From positions 1 through 25,606 of the IMG/VR virus record IMGVR_UViG_3300005804_000114: a DNA stretch of 25,606 nucleotides; one strand, 5' to 3'. Position numbers and translations under genes: made by a program. Of the stretch, positions 1-7,476 are shown one piece after another. This stretch comes from a virus. Taxonomy: Duplodnaviria; Caudoviricetes. The notes under the pieces were generated by a model. It did not search any database, was not told the DNA's origin, and saw only the letters and a program-made list of their open reading frames with translations. Numbering within the stretch: position 1 is the stretch's first letter; each line of letters starts with the position of its first letter.

Positions 1-1158
1 TCAACTTTCTAAGACCTCTAATTTTGTGCCCGCTTTAGGCCCAGTATTGAAAATAGCGGTCTGCAGACCGGAAATAACGTCATTTTGCATGTTCGGAATC
101 AAATGACTGTAGGTATTTAGGGTGATTGTAATTGTGGAATGTCCGAGCCTTTCCTGGACAACTTTAGGGTGAATTCCTTGTCTTAAAAGCCATGATGCGT
201 GGTAATGACGGAGACTGTGAAAATGAATTCCATTCGGTAACTTTAACTCCTTCACAAGCTTCTTAAACCAGTGAGAAGTATTGATGGGATGAAGAGGCTC
301 GCCGTATTTGTTGACAATAAAAAAGGTAGGGCGCCGATTATATTTTTTGGCCTTAAGTTGTCTTTCGCTTCGCATTTTGATATATTTTTTCAAAACTTCT
401 TCCGTTCCAGGCAAGAACGGGACAGGTCTCCGGCTGCCCTTGGTCTTGGTCTGCTTCAAAACAACAGAACCCTCGATATGATTTAAGCTTTGTTTAACTA
501 AAAAAAGCTTGTTTTCCATATCCGCACAATCATTTTGCAGACCAAGAATTTCCCCCAGGCGCATTCCGGTCGTGGAAGCAATATACACCGGAATATATAC
601 CGACATGTATAGTATTAGATTTTCCTGTGCTTTTTCGAGAATCAACTGGATCTGTTCATCGGTCGGGATAACAATCTCCGTTTTAGCCTGAGCGGGAGCC
701 TTAACGCCATCACAAGGATTATATCGCATGTATCCCCAACCAATCGCACGCTTAAAAGCAAGGTGCAATAACCGGTGAACCTTAAGGACCGTTGTAGACG
801 ACAGTCCCTTTTTTAATAGCTTGGTATAAAGGGACTGCAACTCTCCAGGCTTTAAATCAAGAATTTTTATCTTCCCGATATGGGGCGTGATATGCAGGGC
901 AATAAGCTCGTCATAACGCTTAGCTGTGGAAAGAGTAACCGTGGTCAAAACATAATCATCTGAAAACTTGTTCATATACTGAGCAACCGTCATATTGGGG
1001 TCGAGATAACCGGATCGCTGCCGGTATTCTACCATGGCCGCCTCAGCATCGGCCTTCGACCATCCTTTCTCATAAAGATAGATTCGTTCGCTTTTACCAT
1101 CTAATTCGACATAGAAGCGGATGGCGTAACCATTTGCTTTTTTAATCAATTCAGACAC
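1..1158 (-). CDS. int: Phage tyrosine integrase
   Basis: 385 aa; catalytic motifs TGMRLGE (R), HSLRH (HxxR), LGH and NTYSH (Y); SAM-like central domain; SD GAGGTG upstream of the GTG start. Confidence 0.95.
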   Translation of the reverse strand: MSELIKKANGYAIRFYVELDGKSERIYLYEKGWSKADAEAAMVEYRQRSGYLDPNMTVAQYMNKFSDDYVLTTVTLSTAKRYDELIALHITPHIGKIKILDLKPGELQSLYTKLLKKGLSSTTVLKVHRLLHLAFKRAIGWGYMRYNPCDGVKAPAQAKTEIVIPTDEQIQLILEKAQENLILYMSVYIPVYIASTTGMRLGEILGLQNDCADMENKLFLVKQSLNHIEGSVVLKQTKTKGSRRPVPFLPGTEEVLKKYIKMRSERQLKAKKYNRRPTFFIVNKYGEPLHPINTSHWFKKLVKELKLPNGIHFHSLRHYHASWLLRQGIHPKVVQERLGHSTITITLNTYSHLIPNMQNDVISGLQTAIFNTGPKAGTKLEVLES

Positions 1159-1170
1159 AATCTCACCTCA

Positions 1171-1797
1171 CTATAAATTAACAATAATTTTTTTAAGCTT
1201 CCCTATGATTTTGCAGTCGCCGGTTTTCATGTCGTATGTTTTAGTAGGATATGTAGAATTTGCAGATTCTAAAATCAAAATATTATCGTGCTTAGTAATT
1301 TTTTTGAGGTATGCTTCACCATCTATTAAAACAGCAGCAATCTCCCCATTTTCTACATCTGGTTGCTGCCGGATCAAAACCAGATCGCCGTCAAAGATCC
1401 TGGCTCCAGTCATGCTATCTCCTTTTGCCCGAAGATAGAAGTATTCACCGCCGTTTAGCCAGGCTTCTGGGGTAGGTTCATGGCCTTCGATATCTTCATA
1501 AGCCAGAGAACCGTTACCGCAGGAGATGCGACCGACTATAGGAAGTTTAAGCATTTTATCATAAGACAAAAAGCGATCTCTCCCTTCGCCAAATAATGTA
1601 CTTTTTGGGACATTAAAAAAGGCTGATATCTTCTCAATGCTCCCTGCATTGGGCAACTTGTTCGCTGATTCCCATTCAGAAACGGCGGTTTTGCTTACAT
1701 CTAAGTTTTCGGCCAATTCAAGCTGGGTTAACCCCTTTTCTTTACGTAAAGCAAAAATATTACTTGCAAATATTTTCTTGACATCATTATCAAACAT
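1171..1797 (-). CDS. LexA/CI-like phage repressor (XRE HTH + S24 autopeptidase)
   Basis: N-terminal HTH (LTQLELAENLDVSKTAVSEWE); cleavage-site region VGRISCG; catalytic Ser in GDSM and Lys in YLKK; divergent from Cro. Confidence 0.93.
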   Translation of the reverse strand: MFDNDVKKIFASNIFALRKEKGLTQLELAENLDVSKTAVSEWESANKLPNAGSIEKISAFFNVPKSTLFGEGRDRFLSYDKMLKLPIVGRISCGNGSLAYEDIEGHEPTPEAWLNGGEYFYLRAKGDSMTGARIFDGDLVLIRQQPDVENGEIAAVLIDGEAYLKKITKHDNILILESANSTYPTKTYDMKTGDCKIIGKLKKIIVNL

Positions 1798-1821
1798 TTG
1801 AATACACCTCCCAATATTTGT

Positions 1822-1850
1822 ATAATATAACTTTTCGCAAACATAATCAA
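1822..1850 (-). promoter_or_regulatory. Sigma-A-like promoter for repressor-integrase
   Basis: Minus strand TTGATT-17 nt-TATTAT upstream of the repressor SD GGAGGTG. Confidence 0.6.
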
Positions 1851-1891
1851 CTATTTAACAAAAAAAGTTTACTAAAAAAGAAAGTTATATA

Positions 1892-1920
1892 TTGACAGTT
1901 CGCTAAAAGCAAACTAGAAT
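1892..1920 (+). promoter_or_regulatory. Sigma-A promoter of the early lytic (cro) operon with overlapping palindromic operator 1897-1915
   Basis: TTGACA-17 nt-TAGAAT; imperfect palindrome AGTTCGCTAAAAGCAAACT spans the spacer. Confidence 0.8.
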
Positions 1921-1954
1921 TAAGTTACAAAGTTGCGAAAGGAGGTATTAAAGG

Positions 1955-2224
1955 ATGCAAATAATCGAAAAAGTACCTATTTATCTTAAAAATACATTAA
2001 GGTCATTAAGGATAAAATTTAATTACACCCAAGAAAAAGCAGCTAGTCTGCTAGATATCAGTGTTCCCACGCTTAGAAATTGGGAAAGAGATTCAAGTAA
2101 TGTGCCATATCACATGATTGAGCGCTTTGAGAAAATTTATGGGACATCACAAGACTATATTTTTTTTGGCGATGAGGTCGCTTTTAGTGAACTTATCAGA
2201 AGCCAGACAAGCCAATCTGCTTAA
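1955..2224 (+). CDS. Cro-like XRE HTH regulator
   Basis: HTH (YTQEKAASLLDISVPTLRNWE); SD AAGGAGG; divergent from repressor. Confidence 0.88.
   Translation: MQIIEKVPIYLKNTLRSLRIKFNYTQEKAASLLDISVPTLRNWERDSSNVPYHMIERFEKIYGTSQDYIFFGDEVAFSELIRSQTSQSA
2175..2193. promoter_or_regulatory. Second operator-like palindrome inside the 3' end of cro
   Basis: Reverse complement AGTTCACTAAAAGCGACCT matches 1897-1915 at 16/19 positions. Confidence 0.55.
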
Positions 2225-2239
2225 TAGGGAGAGATATTT

Positions 2240-2269
2240 ATGGCTTATTTAACTCTTTAAGAAGCAGCT
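2240..2269 (+). pseudogene. Truncated duplicate of the excisionase 5' end (MAYLTL*EAA)
   Basis: 2246-2269 matches 2844-2867 at 22/24 nt; TAA stands where the intact gene has CAA; has its own SD. Confidence 0.65.
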
Positions 2270-2291
2270 CTTTCGACAACTAGGAGGAAAA

Positions 2292-2803
2292 TCCTGTGTC
2301 GAAGAATAGATTTTATTATGGGTGTTATAGATGAATCAGGGTGTCGGGCACTCGTGGACAGGTTATTGATTGCTCATCTCACTATCTATGCGTTGCACCT
2401 TCTGCAGCCAACTGGGAACAGGCTGCAACTTGGCTCATGGTTGTCCGTTTTGGATATTCCATGAATTCACCCGATTTACAACCGCCTATTACTAAACGGC
2501 GGGGCAAGCTTACCCACAATTACATCACCTAATTTCGGTCTGTCAGATTCTTCTTCACATCCTAATAATCCAATTTCCTTCCAATGGCTTTGTGCCTGTC
2601 TTACTGGTTCAAGTGCGGAGGCAATGCCATGGAGTCTAGATTGAATTCTTGCGGACTGAGATGCAATGCTAAGAATGTTATTCAAAATGTTACCGCATCG
2701 GCTTTTTATCCGATACATCTACATGTTCCCATGCAGTTCAGCATATCTCATCACCCTGATTCATCTATAACACCCATAATAAAATCTATTCTTCGACACA
2801 GGA
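2292..2803. mobile_element. 512-bp cassette bounded by perfect 52-bp inverted repeats (2292-2343 / 2752-2803) and flanked by GAGGAAAA direct repeats; MITE-like or invertible
   Basis: The two ends are an exact reverse-complement match; GAGGAAAA at 2284-2291 and 2804-2811; no transposase inside. Confidence 0.6.
2476..2751 (-). pseudogene. Interrupted cargo ORF within the inverted-repeat cassette
   Basis: ATG at 2751 directly after the repeat; MRYAELHGNM, then in-frame TAG (2719-2721), then 80 more open codons. Confidence 0.35.
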
Positions 2804-2834
2804 GAGGAAAATCCTGTAAGAAAGGAGGCACCCC

Positions 2835-3050
2835 ATGATTCAATATTTAACTATTCAAGAAGCAGCTGATCGCCTCCGGATCTCCAAGCAAACGATTTAC
2901 AATAAAGGACCGGCAATGTACGGTGGTCAGAAAATAGGGGGCTTGTGGAGATTCCCGGAAGATAAACTGGGAATGCCACAGGAGAAACCAAAAGAGGAAT
3001 ACTCGGGATACATCCGAGCCTTCCCAAACAAAAGAAAGAAAGCGGGGTGA
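2835..3050 (+). CDS. xis: Excisionase-like HTH_17 DNA-binding protein
   Basis: YLTIQEAADRLRISKQTIY...KIGGLWRF signature; SD AAAGGAGG. Confidence 0.85.
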   Translation: MIQYLTIQEAADRLRISKQTIYNKGPAMYGGQKIGGLWRFPEDKLGMPQEKPKEEYSGYIRAFPNKRKKAG

Positions 3051-3054
3051 TAAA

Positions 3055-3198
3055 ATGCACGCATTTAGCCAAGATATTGACTTTTTAAGTTGTGGGGATT
3101 ATGCAACAATCCTGGAAGGGTCCGGGGAAAGAAATCCTCGTGCCAGTTGGACCGTTGAGGGCGCTGAGTATTACAGAAAAATGACCGAGAAAGAATAA
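3055..3198 (+). CDS. Small hypothetical protein (47 aa)
   Basis: ATG after GGGGTG SD immediately following xis. Confidence 0.5.
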   Translation: MHAFSQDIDFLSCGDYATILEGSGERNPRASWTVEGAEYYRKMTEKE

Positions 3199-3260
3199 CG
3201 GGACCTTAAATAGGAAAGCTCACCATACCTCGTATATAGTGAGCAATCCATTACCTAATT

Positions 3261-3555
3261 GTTTACCCTAACAACAAGCCCCTCGCACGAGGGACGATCA
3301 ACTTGAAGGCTTCCACTTTAGCGGCTAGTTCCGCAATGATTTAGACGCTGGAAGCTATAAGAAAGTAACACCGCAAGCGTAGGCGTGGGAAAACCGCTTT
3401 TTAGTTACTGAATTACATCAAGGTGCGTGGGTGCGACATAAGGGTAGTAGCAAGTTGCTGTAACAGCTTGCCCATTGGAAAACCATCCCCCTTTCGAACC
3501 CATATAGGGCTAAGCATATTGTACCAAATGCGAGGGGCTTGTTGTTGGGGTAAAC
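3261..3555 (+). ncRNA. Candidate structured RNA closed by a 27-bp terminal stem
   Basis: 3261-3287 pairs with 3529-3555 (one U-G); several nested helices whose non-Watson-Crick pairs are G-U on the + strand. Confidence 0.65.
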
Positions 3556-3587
3556 GCAGGAAGAAAAAAATTCTAGGGAGGGATTCA

Positions 3588-4337
3588 ATGTCAAACCTAA
3601 CGGTTCTAGAACACCAAAGCCAAAGAGTATTAACAACTCAACAATTAGCTGAAGTTTATGAGACCAACCCAAATAATATCATTAAGAATTTTGGTAATAA
3701 TTCAGAAAGATTTCAGGAGGGAAGAGACTTTTACCGGCTTGAAGGTGAGCAGTTGCAAGAGTTCAAAAGGCAAATGAATAATGTTCATGAACCTTGGAAA
3801 TTTGCTTCATCACTCTTTCTCTGGACACAGCGGGGAGCAAACCGGCATTGTAAGATTCTTGACACAGACCAAGCCTGGCAACAGTTTGACATACTTGAAG
3901 AAACATACTTCAAGGTTAGGCAATTAAAACCACTATCAGTTCTTGACGCCCTAGCTCAAACCGTCCAGGTTCTCCAAGAGCAGAACGCCAGAATACTACA
4001 GCTTGAATCTACTACCCAAGCCATAAAGGACACTATCATAACCCAGCCGGATAACTGGCGGGACGATCTCAACAAAATGTTTAACAAAATTGCACTTTCC
4101 ATAGGCGATAACAAATTCCGCGATCTAAGGACAGAAAGTTATAAATTACTCGAGCAACGGGCCAGAGTAGACCTTACCCGCCGGCTTATAAATCACCGGT
4201 CGAGGCTGTTAGAACAGGGATCATCAAAGACAGTAATTGAAAAGGCCAATAAGCTTGATGTAATTGAGCAAGATACCAAGCTAAGAGAGATATACGCACA
4301 AATCATAAAAGAATATTTTATCAAACATTGTGCTTAG
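3588..4337 (+). CDS. ORF6N-domain phage antirepressor-like protein
   Basis: RVLTTQQLAEVYET...NFGNNSERFQEGRDFYRLEG...LFLWTQRGANRHCKILDTDQAW; true start likely ATG 3588 after GGGAGGG, not 3423. Confidence 0.85.
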   Translation: MSNLTVLEHQSQRVLTTQQLAEVYETNPNNIIKNFGNNSERFQEGRDFYRLEGEQLQEFKRQMNNVHEPWKFASSLFLWTQRGANRHCKILDTDQAWQQFDILEETYFKVRQLKPLSVLDALAQTVQVLQEQNARILQLESTTQAIKDTIITQPDNWRDDLNKMFNKIALSIGDNKFRDLRTESYKLLEQRARVDLTRRLINHRSRLLEQGSSKTVIEKANKLDVIEQDTKLREIYAQIIKEYFIKHCA

Positions 4338-4353
4338 AAAGTGGGGTGTTACA

Positions 4354-4557
4354 ATGCCCAGGCGTAACCCTGACACACGCCATAAACATCGTCCGGTAAA
4401 TAAAAATCTCCTCAGGGTTGAAAAGCTTATCGCCATCAGAACGGAGTTATTCTCTCTCAGAAAGGATATCCAGCGGCGGGAATTTTTCCACGGAGAGGAG
4501 GTAAAACAAGGTGGAATGCCTATCAGTTTCAAGGAACCTATGCCCTGGTCAGGCTAA
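4354..4557 (+). CDS. Hypothetical basic protein
   Basis: ATG after GGGGTG; co-oriented in the early operon. Confidence 0.5.
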   Translation: MPRRNPDTRHKHRPVNKNLLRVEKLIAIRTELFSLRKDIQRREFFHGEEVKQGGMPISFKEPMPWSG

Positions 4558-4693
4558 TTGCCTAGACATCTGCCGCAGAACTCTCGGATGCAAAGCGGAT
4601 GAAATCTACGAGTTTTGCATACAGTGTCCGGTTCACGGGTGCGATAAATACCCAAAGGTATTAGGAGGGAAAGGAGATCATGAAAAAGACTAA
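4511..4693 (+). CDS. Small Cys-rich hypothetical protein
   Basis: GTG start after GAGGAGG; eight Cys. Confidence 0.5.
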   Translation: MECLSVSRNLCPGQANCLDICRRTLGCKADEIYEFCIQCPVHGCDKYPKVLGGKGDHEKD

Positions 4694-4769
4694 ACTTTTA
4701 GACAGGCCAAAAGAGCATAAAGAAAAGCGTTTTGACTCTGCTATGTATCCATTACTTAGGGTGACATAA
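4680..4769 (+). CDS. Very small hypothetical protein (29 aa)
   Basis: ATG after AAAGGAG; MKKTKLLDRPKEHKEKRFDSAMYPLLRVT. Confidence 0.35.
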   Translation: MKKTKLLDRPKEHKEKRFDSAMYPLLRVT

Positions 4770-4821
4770 ATCAACGCCGTTATCAGGCAGAACTTTTATA
4801 TCAAGGATGGGGGAGAGATAA

Positions 4822-5637
4822 GTGAAAGGTTACAAGGGATTTAATAAAGACCTCAAATGTAGAGACTTCCAGTTTGAAGTTGGAAAGGAGTATGAGCACA
4901 AAGGTAAAGTCAAGGCTTGTGAGAGCGGTTTTCACTTCTGCGAGAATCCTATGGATGTGTTTGGTTATTATCCACCGGGAGACGGAAGATACTGCGAAGT
5001 CGAAGGAGACGGCAAATTAAGCACAGATACTAACGACAGCAAGGTTGCATGCTCAAAAATCAAAATTGGATTGGAAATTGGTCTTAAGGGGATTATCGAA
5101 GCTGGGCTGAAATTCATTATGGAAAAGGTTGATTGGAAAGAAGAAAACAACGTTACCGGAGACCGATCAGGAGCGCAGGCAACCGGAGACCAATCAGGAG
5201 CGCAGGCAACCGGAGACCAATCAGGAGCGCAGGCAACCGGAGACCAATCAGGAGCGCAGGCAACCGGAGACCGATCAGGAGCGCAGGCAACCGGAGACCA
5301 ATCAGGAGCGCAGGCAACCGGAGACCGATCAGGAGCGCAGGCAACCGGAGACCGATCAATGGCATGTGTTAATGGGGACTATTCTTCCGCAACTATTTTT
5401 GGCAAGGATTCCGTTGCATGTGCATTAGGGTATCAATGTAAGGCAAAGGCTGAAAAGGGGAATTGGCTAGTCTTAGTAGAGCGTGGAGATTGGAACGGTA
5501 ACACATATCCAATCAAAGATATTCAGCCTGTTTTGATTGACGGAGAGAAAATTAAAGCCGATACATGGTATCAACTTCAAAATGGTCAAGTTGTGGAGGT
5601 ACAGGGATGGAATTATTCAAGTGGTTTATTGAACTAA
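4822..5637 (+). CDS. Phage protein with KGYKGF...CESGFHFCENP N-terminal domain (DUF7666-like) and 9-aa repeat solenoid
   Basis: Recognisable phage N-terminal domain; TGD(R/Q)SGAQA repeats; C-terminal IDGEKIKADTWYQL motif. Confidence 0.8.
   Translation: MKGYKGFNKDLKCRDFQFEVGKEYEHKGKVKACESGFHFCENPMDVFGYYPPGDGRYCEVEGDGKLSTDTNDSKVACSKIKIGLEIGLKGIIEAGLKFIMEKVDWKEENNVTGDRSGAQATGDQSGAQATGDQSGAQATGDQSGAQATGDRSGAQATGDQSGAQATGDRSGAQATGDRSMACVNGDYSSATIFGKDSVACALGYQCKAKAEKGNWLVLVERGDWNGNTYPIKDIQPVLIDGEKIKADTWYQLQNGQVVEVQGWNYSSGLLN
5155..5358 (+). repeat. 27-bp tandem repeat, 7 full copies plus a 15-nt partial copy
   Basis: Unit ACCGGAGACC(G/A)ATCAGGAGCGCAGGCA; only one variable base. Confidence 0.97.
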
Positions 5638-5858
5638 TGATCAAGAAGTTACCGCAAAACGAAAAATGCCTGTACTTGGCTAACAGGCTGATTGAGGAAT
5701 CCGGGGAAGACGCAATAAGTGAACAAACCGGCATAGCGTACTTTTCTATATTCGGCCATCCTGAAGGTAAATTCCTTGAAATTGATGGACCGGCAGCGAA
5801 TAAGAAACCTTTCGTTATTACAGGCAGACTTACCGCCAAGATAGGAGGTAATCCATGA
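5607..5858 (+). CDS. Hypothetical protein
   Basis: ATG 5607 after GGAGGT; stop overlaps the next start (ATGA). Confidence 0.55.
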   Translation: MELFKWFIELMIKKLPQNEKCLYLANRLIEESGEDAISEQTGIAYFSIFGHPEGKFLEIDGPAANKKPFVITGRLTAKIGGNP

Positions 5859-6022
5859 TCCAATTTATCCCTTACTTCATAGCATCTTACATTATTGTGT
5901 TTTTCATGGGCCGTGTATGGCAAAGAGAAAAAGATATGGCTAAACAAGAAGAGATACATGCAGCAAGAAAAAGAGCCCAAGTATATGACATAAACGGGCG
6001 CATAAAAAATACCAGCAATTAA
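5855..6022 (+). CDS. Small single-pass membrane protein (55 aa)
   Basis: SD AGGAGGT; hydrophobic N-terminus MIQFIPYFIASYIIVFFMG. Confidence 0.55.
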   Translation: MIQFIPYFIASYIIVFFMGRVWQREKDMAKQEEIHAARKRAQVYDINGRIKNTSN

Positions 6023-6074
6023 CCGGCAACAGATATTGTCAGACCAATTTTAACAGAGAAACGGAGAGATGTAA

Positions 6075-6227
6075 ATGTGTAACACCTGCCAGTATAAGAA
6101 AATCTGTAAATATAAACATTCCGTTGAATTATTCATAATGGAGATTGAGCAGACAAGGGAAGATTATTCTCTCCCTAACCTTGAAGTAGGACTCATCTGT
6201 AAAGAATTTAAGGAGGAAGAATGTTAA
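6075..6227 (+). CDS. Small Cys-containing hypothetical protein (50 aa)
   Basis: SD GGAG; MCNTCQYKKICKY...; overlaps the next start. Confidence 0.5.
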   Translation: MCNTCQYKKICKYKHSVELFIMEIEQTREDYSLPNLEVGLICKEFKEEEC

Positions 6228-6817
6228 CTCCAATTCCTAATCTTGAATTTAATGAAGAACTTCACTTATACACGGTAAGCGGAATCAACGTCCCATCTGT
6301 ATCTAAAATCCTTCAACCTCTTTCAATGCAAGCTTATAAAGGTATAGACAAAGACACCTTGAACTTCGCAGCACAAAGGGGAACGTCAGTACACTTCAGC
6401 ATTGAACTGTACGATGATACCGGCTGTGAGGAAGTTCGGGAAGATTGCCAAGGTTACTTCGATCAGTACAAGCGGTGGAAAGAAGTAAGCCAACCGGAAA
6501 TACTTGCGACGGAGTATAGATTTTATCATCCTGTTTTGTGGTATGCCGGAACAGTGGACAAGATTGTCAAGATAGGCAATAGAGTTATCCTTCTCGATTT
6601 AAAGACTACTGCTCAAATAAACCACTGGTATCTAGGCCCGCAGTTAGCAGCATATGCATTCGGATTAGGCTCTCAGGACATCAAGGTTGATGATGTAATG
6701 GTATTGCACCTAACCCCAACAGATTACGCCTTCAAGAAGGTCACGGAGCGTCTAGACATCTTTATGCAATGTCATAAAATCCATAATTTTTTAAAAGAAA
6801 TGGGGATAAAACCATGA
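6221..6817 (+). CDS. PD-(D/E)XK exonuclease (RecB/Cas4-like phage nuclease)
   Basis: VPSVSKIL, RGTSVH, YAGTVD, LLDLKT and QLAAY motifs. Confidence 0.85.
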   Translation: MLTPIPNLEFNEELHLYTVSGINVPSVSKILQPLSMQAYKGIDKDTLNFAAQRGTSVHFSIELYDDTGCEEVREDCQGYFDQYKRWKEVSQPEILATEYRFYHPVLWYAGTVDKIVKIGNRVILLDLKTTAQINHWYLGPQLAAYAFGLGSQDIKVDDVMVLHLTPTDYAFKKVTERLDIFMQCHKIHNFLKEMGIKP

Positions 6818-7476
6818 TGAATAGCGAAGATCAAATTAAACAAGTTGAAACCGAATTAGTCCAAATGGCTAACGGACTTAAGGTAACCTCAGATACCGAA
6901 TACCAATATGCCGGTGAGTTCTTAAAGAAAATTAAAACAAATATTAAAGGCATTGAAGATTTTTTTGCAGACATCAAAAAGCCAGCGCATAAAGCCTGGA
7001 AGGACATATGTGATAAAGAAATCAGTTACAAAAAGCAACTGGAACAGGCCGAGCGGATTGTCAAGAGCAGTATGTCCATATACATCCAGGAGCAAGAACA
7101 GAAACGTCGACAGGAAGAAGCTAGAATACGTGCTGAGCAGGAAAGAATCGCTCTTGAACAACTTCAAAAGGCAGAGGAATTAAAATCCCAAGGAAATGAT
7201 ATCGCGGCAGCTATCGCAGAGGAAACGGCCTATTCCATTGATACCATGAAGCCGGTTTTGGAAGTCGCAAGCCCTAAGATGGAAGGAATCAGCTATCAGA
7301 TGGATTGGGAAGTTGAAATAACTGACGATTCTAGCGTTCCTGTTGTCCTTAAAGGCATGATATTAAGACCAGTTGACTTATCCACCGTAAAACGTCTTGT
7401 CAAGGCGTCCAAGGGGCAAATAACAATCCCTGGTATCAAAATAACAGAAACAAAGAATGTGAGGGTAAGAGTATGA
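6814..7476 (+). CDS. Coiled-coil phage protein of the recombination module
   Basis: 220 aa helical E/K/Q-rich protein ending in an IPGIKI motif; translationally coupled on both sides. Confidence 0.7.
   Translation: MMNSEDQIKQVETELVQMANGLKVTSDTEYQYAGEFLKKIKTNIKGIEDFFADIKKPAHKAWKDICDKEISYKKQLEQAERIVKSSMSIYIQEQEQKRRQEEARIRAEQERIALEQLQKAEELKSQGNDIAAAIAEETAYSIDTMKPVLEVASPKMEGISYQMDWEVEITDDSSVPVVLKGMILRPVDLSTVKRLVKASKGQITIPGIKITETKNVRVRV

Noticed and set aside
1-60. att site
   Set aside because: The window starts at the integrase stop codon, so any att core would lie outside it.
3421-3440. Group II intron 5' end (GTGCG twice)
   Set aside because: No recognisable domain V/VI and no RT-maturase in the window.
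3423-3587. N-terminal extension of the antirepressor ORF from GTG 3423
   Set aside because: No SD, atypical composition, and it overlaps the structured element; ATG 3588 has a good SD and starts the domain.
5155-5358. CRISPR array
   Set aside because: Units are contiguous with no spacers, lie in-frame within a CDS, and no cas genes are present.
5129-5428. Alternative-frame ORFs 5129-5428, 5133-5372 and 5153-5365
   Set aside because: They are by-products of a stop-free 27-bp repeat, with no independent coding evidence.
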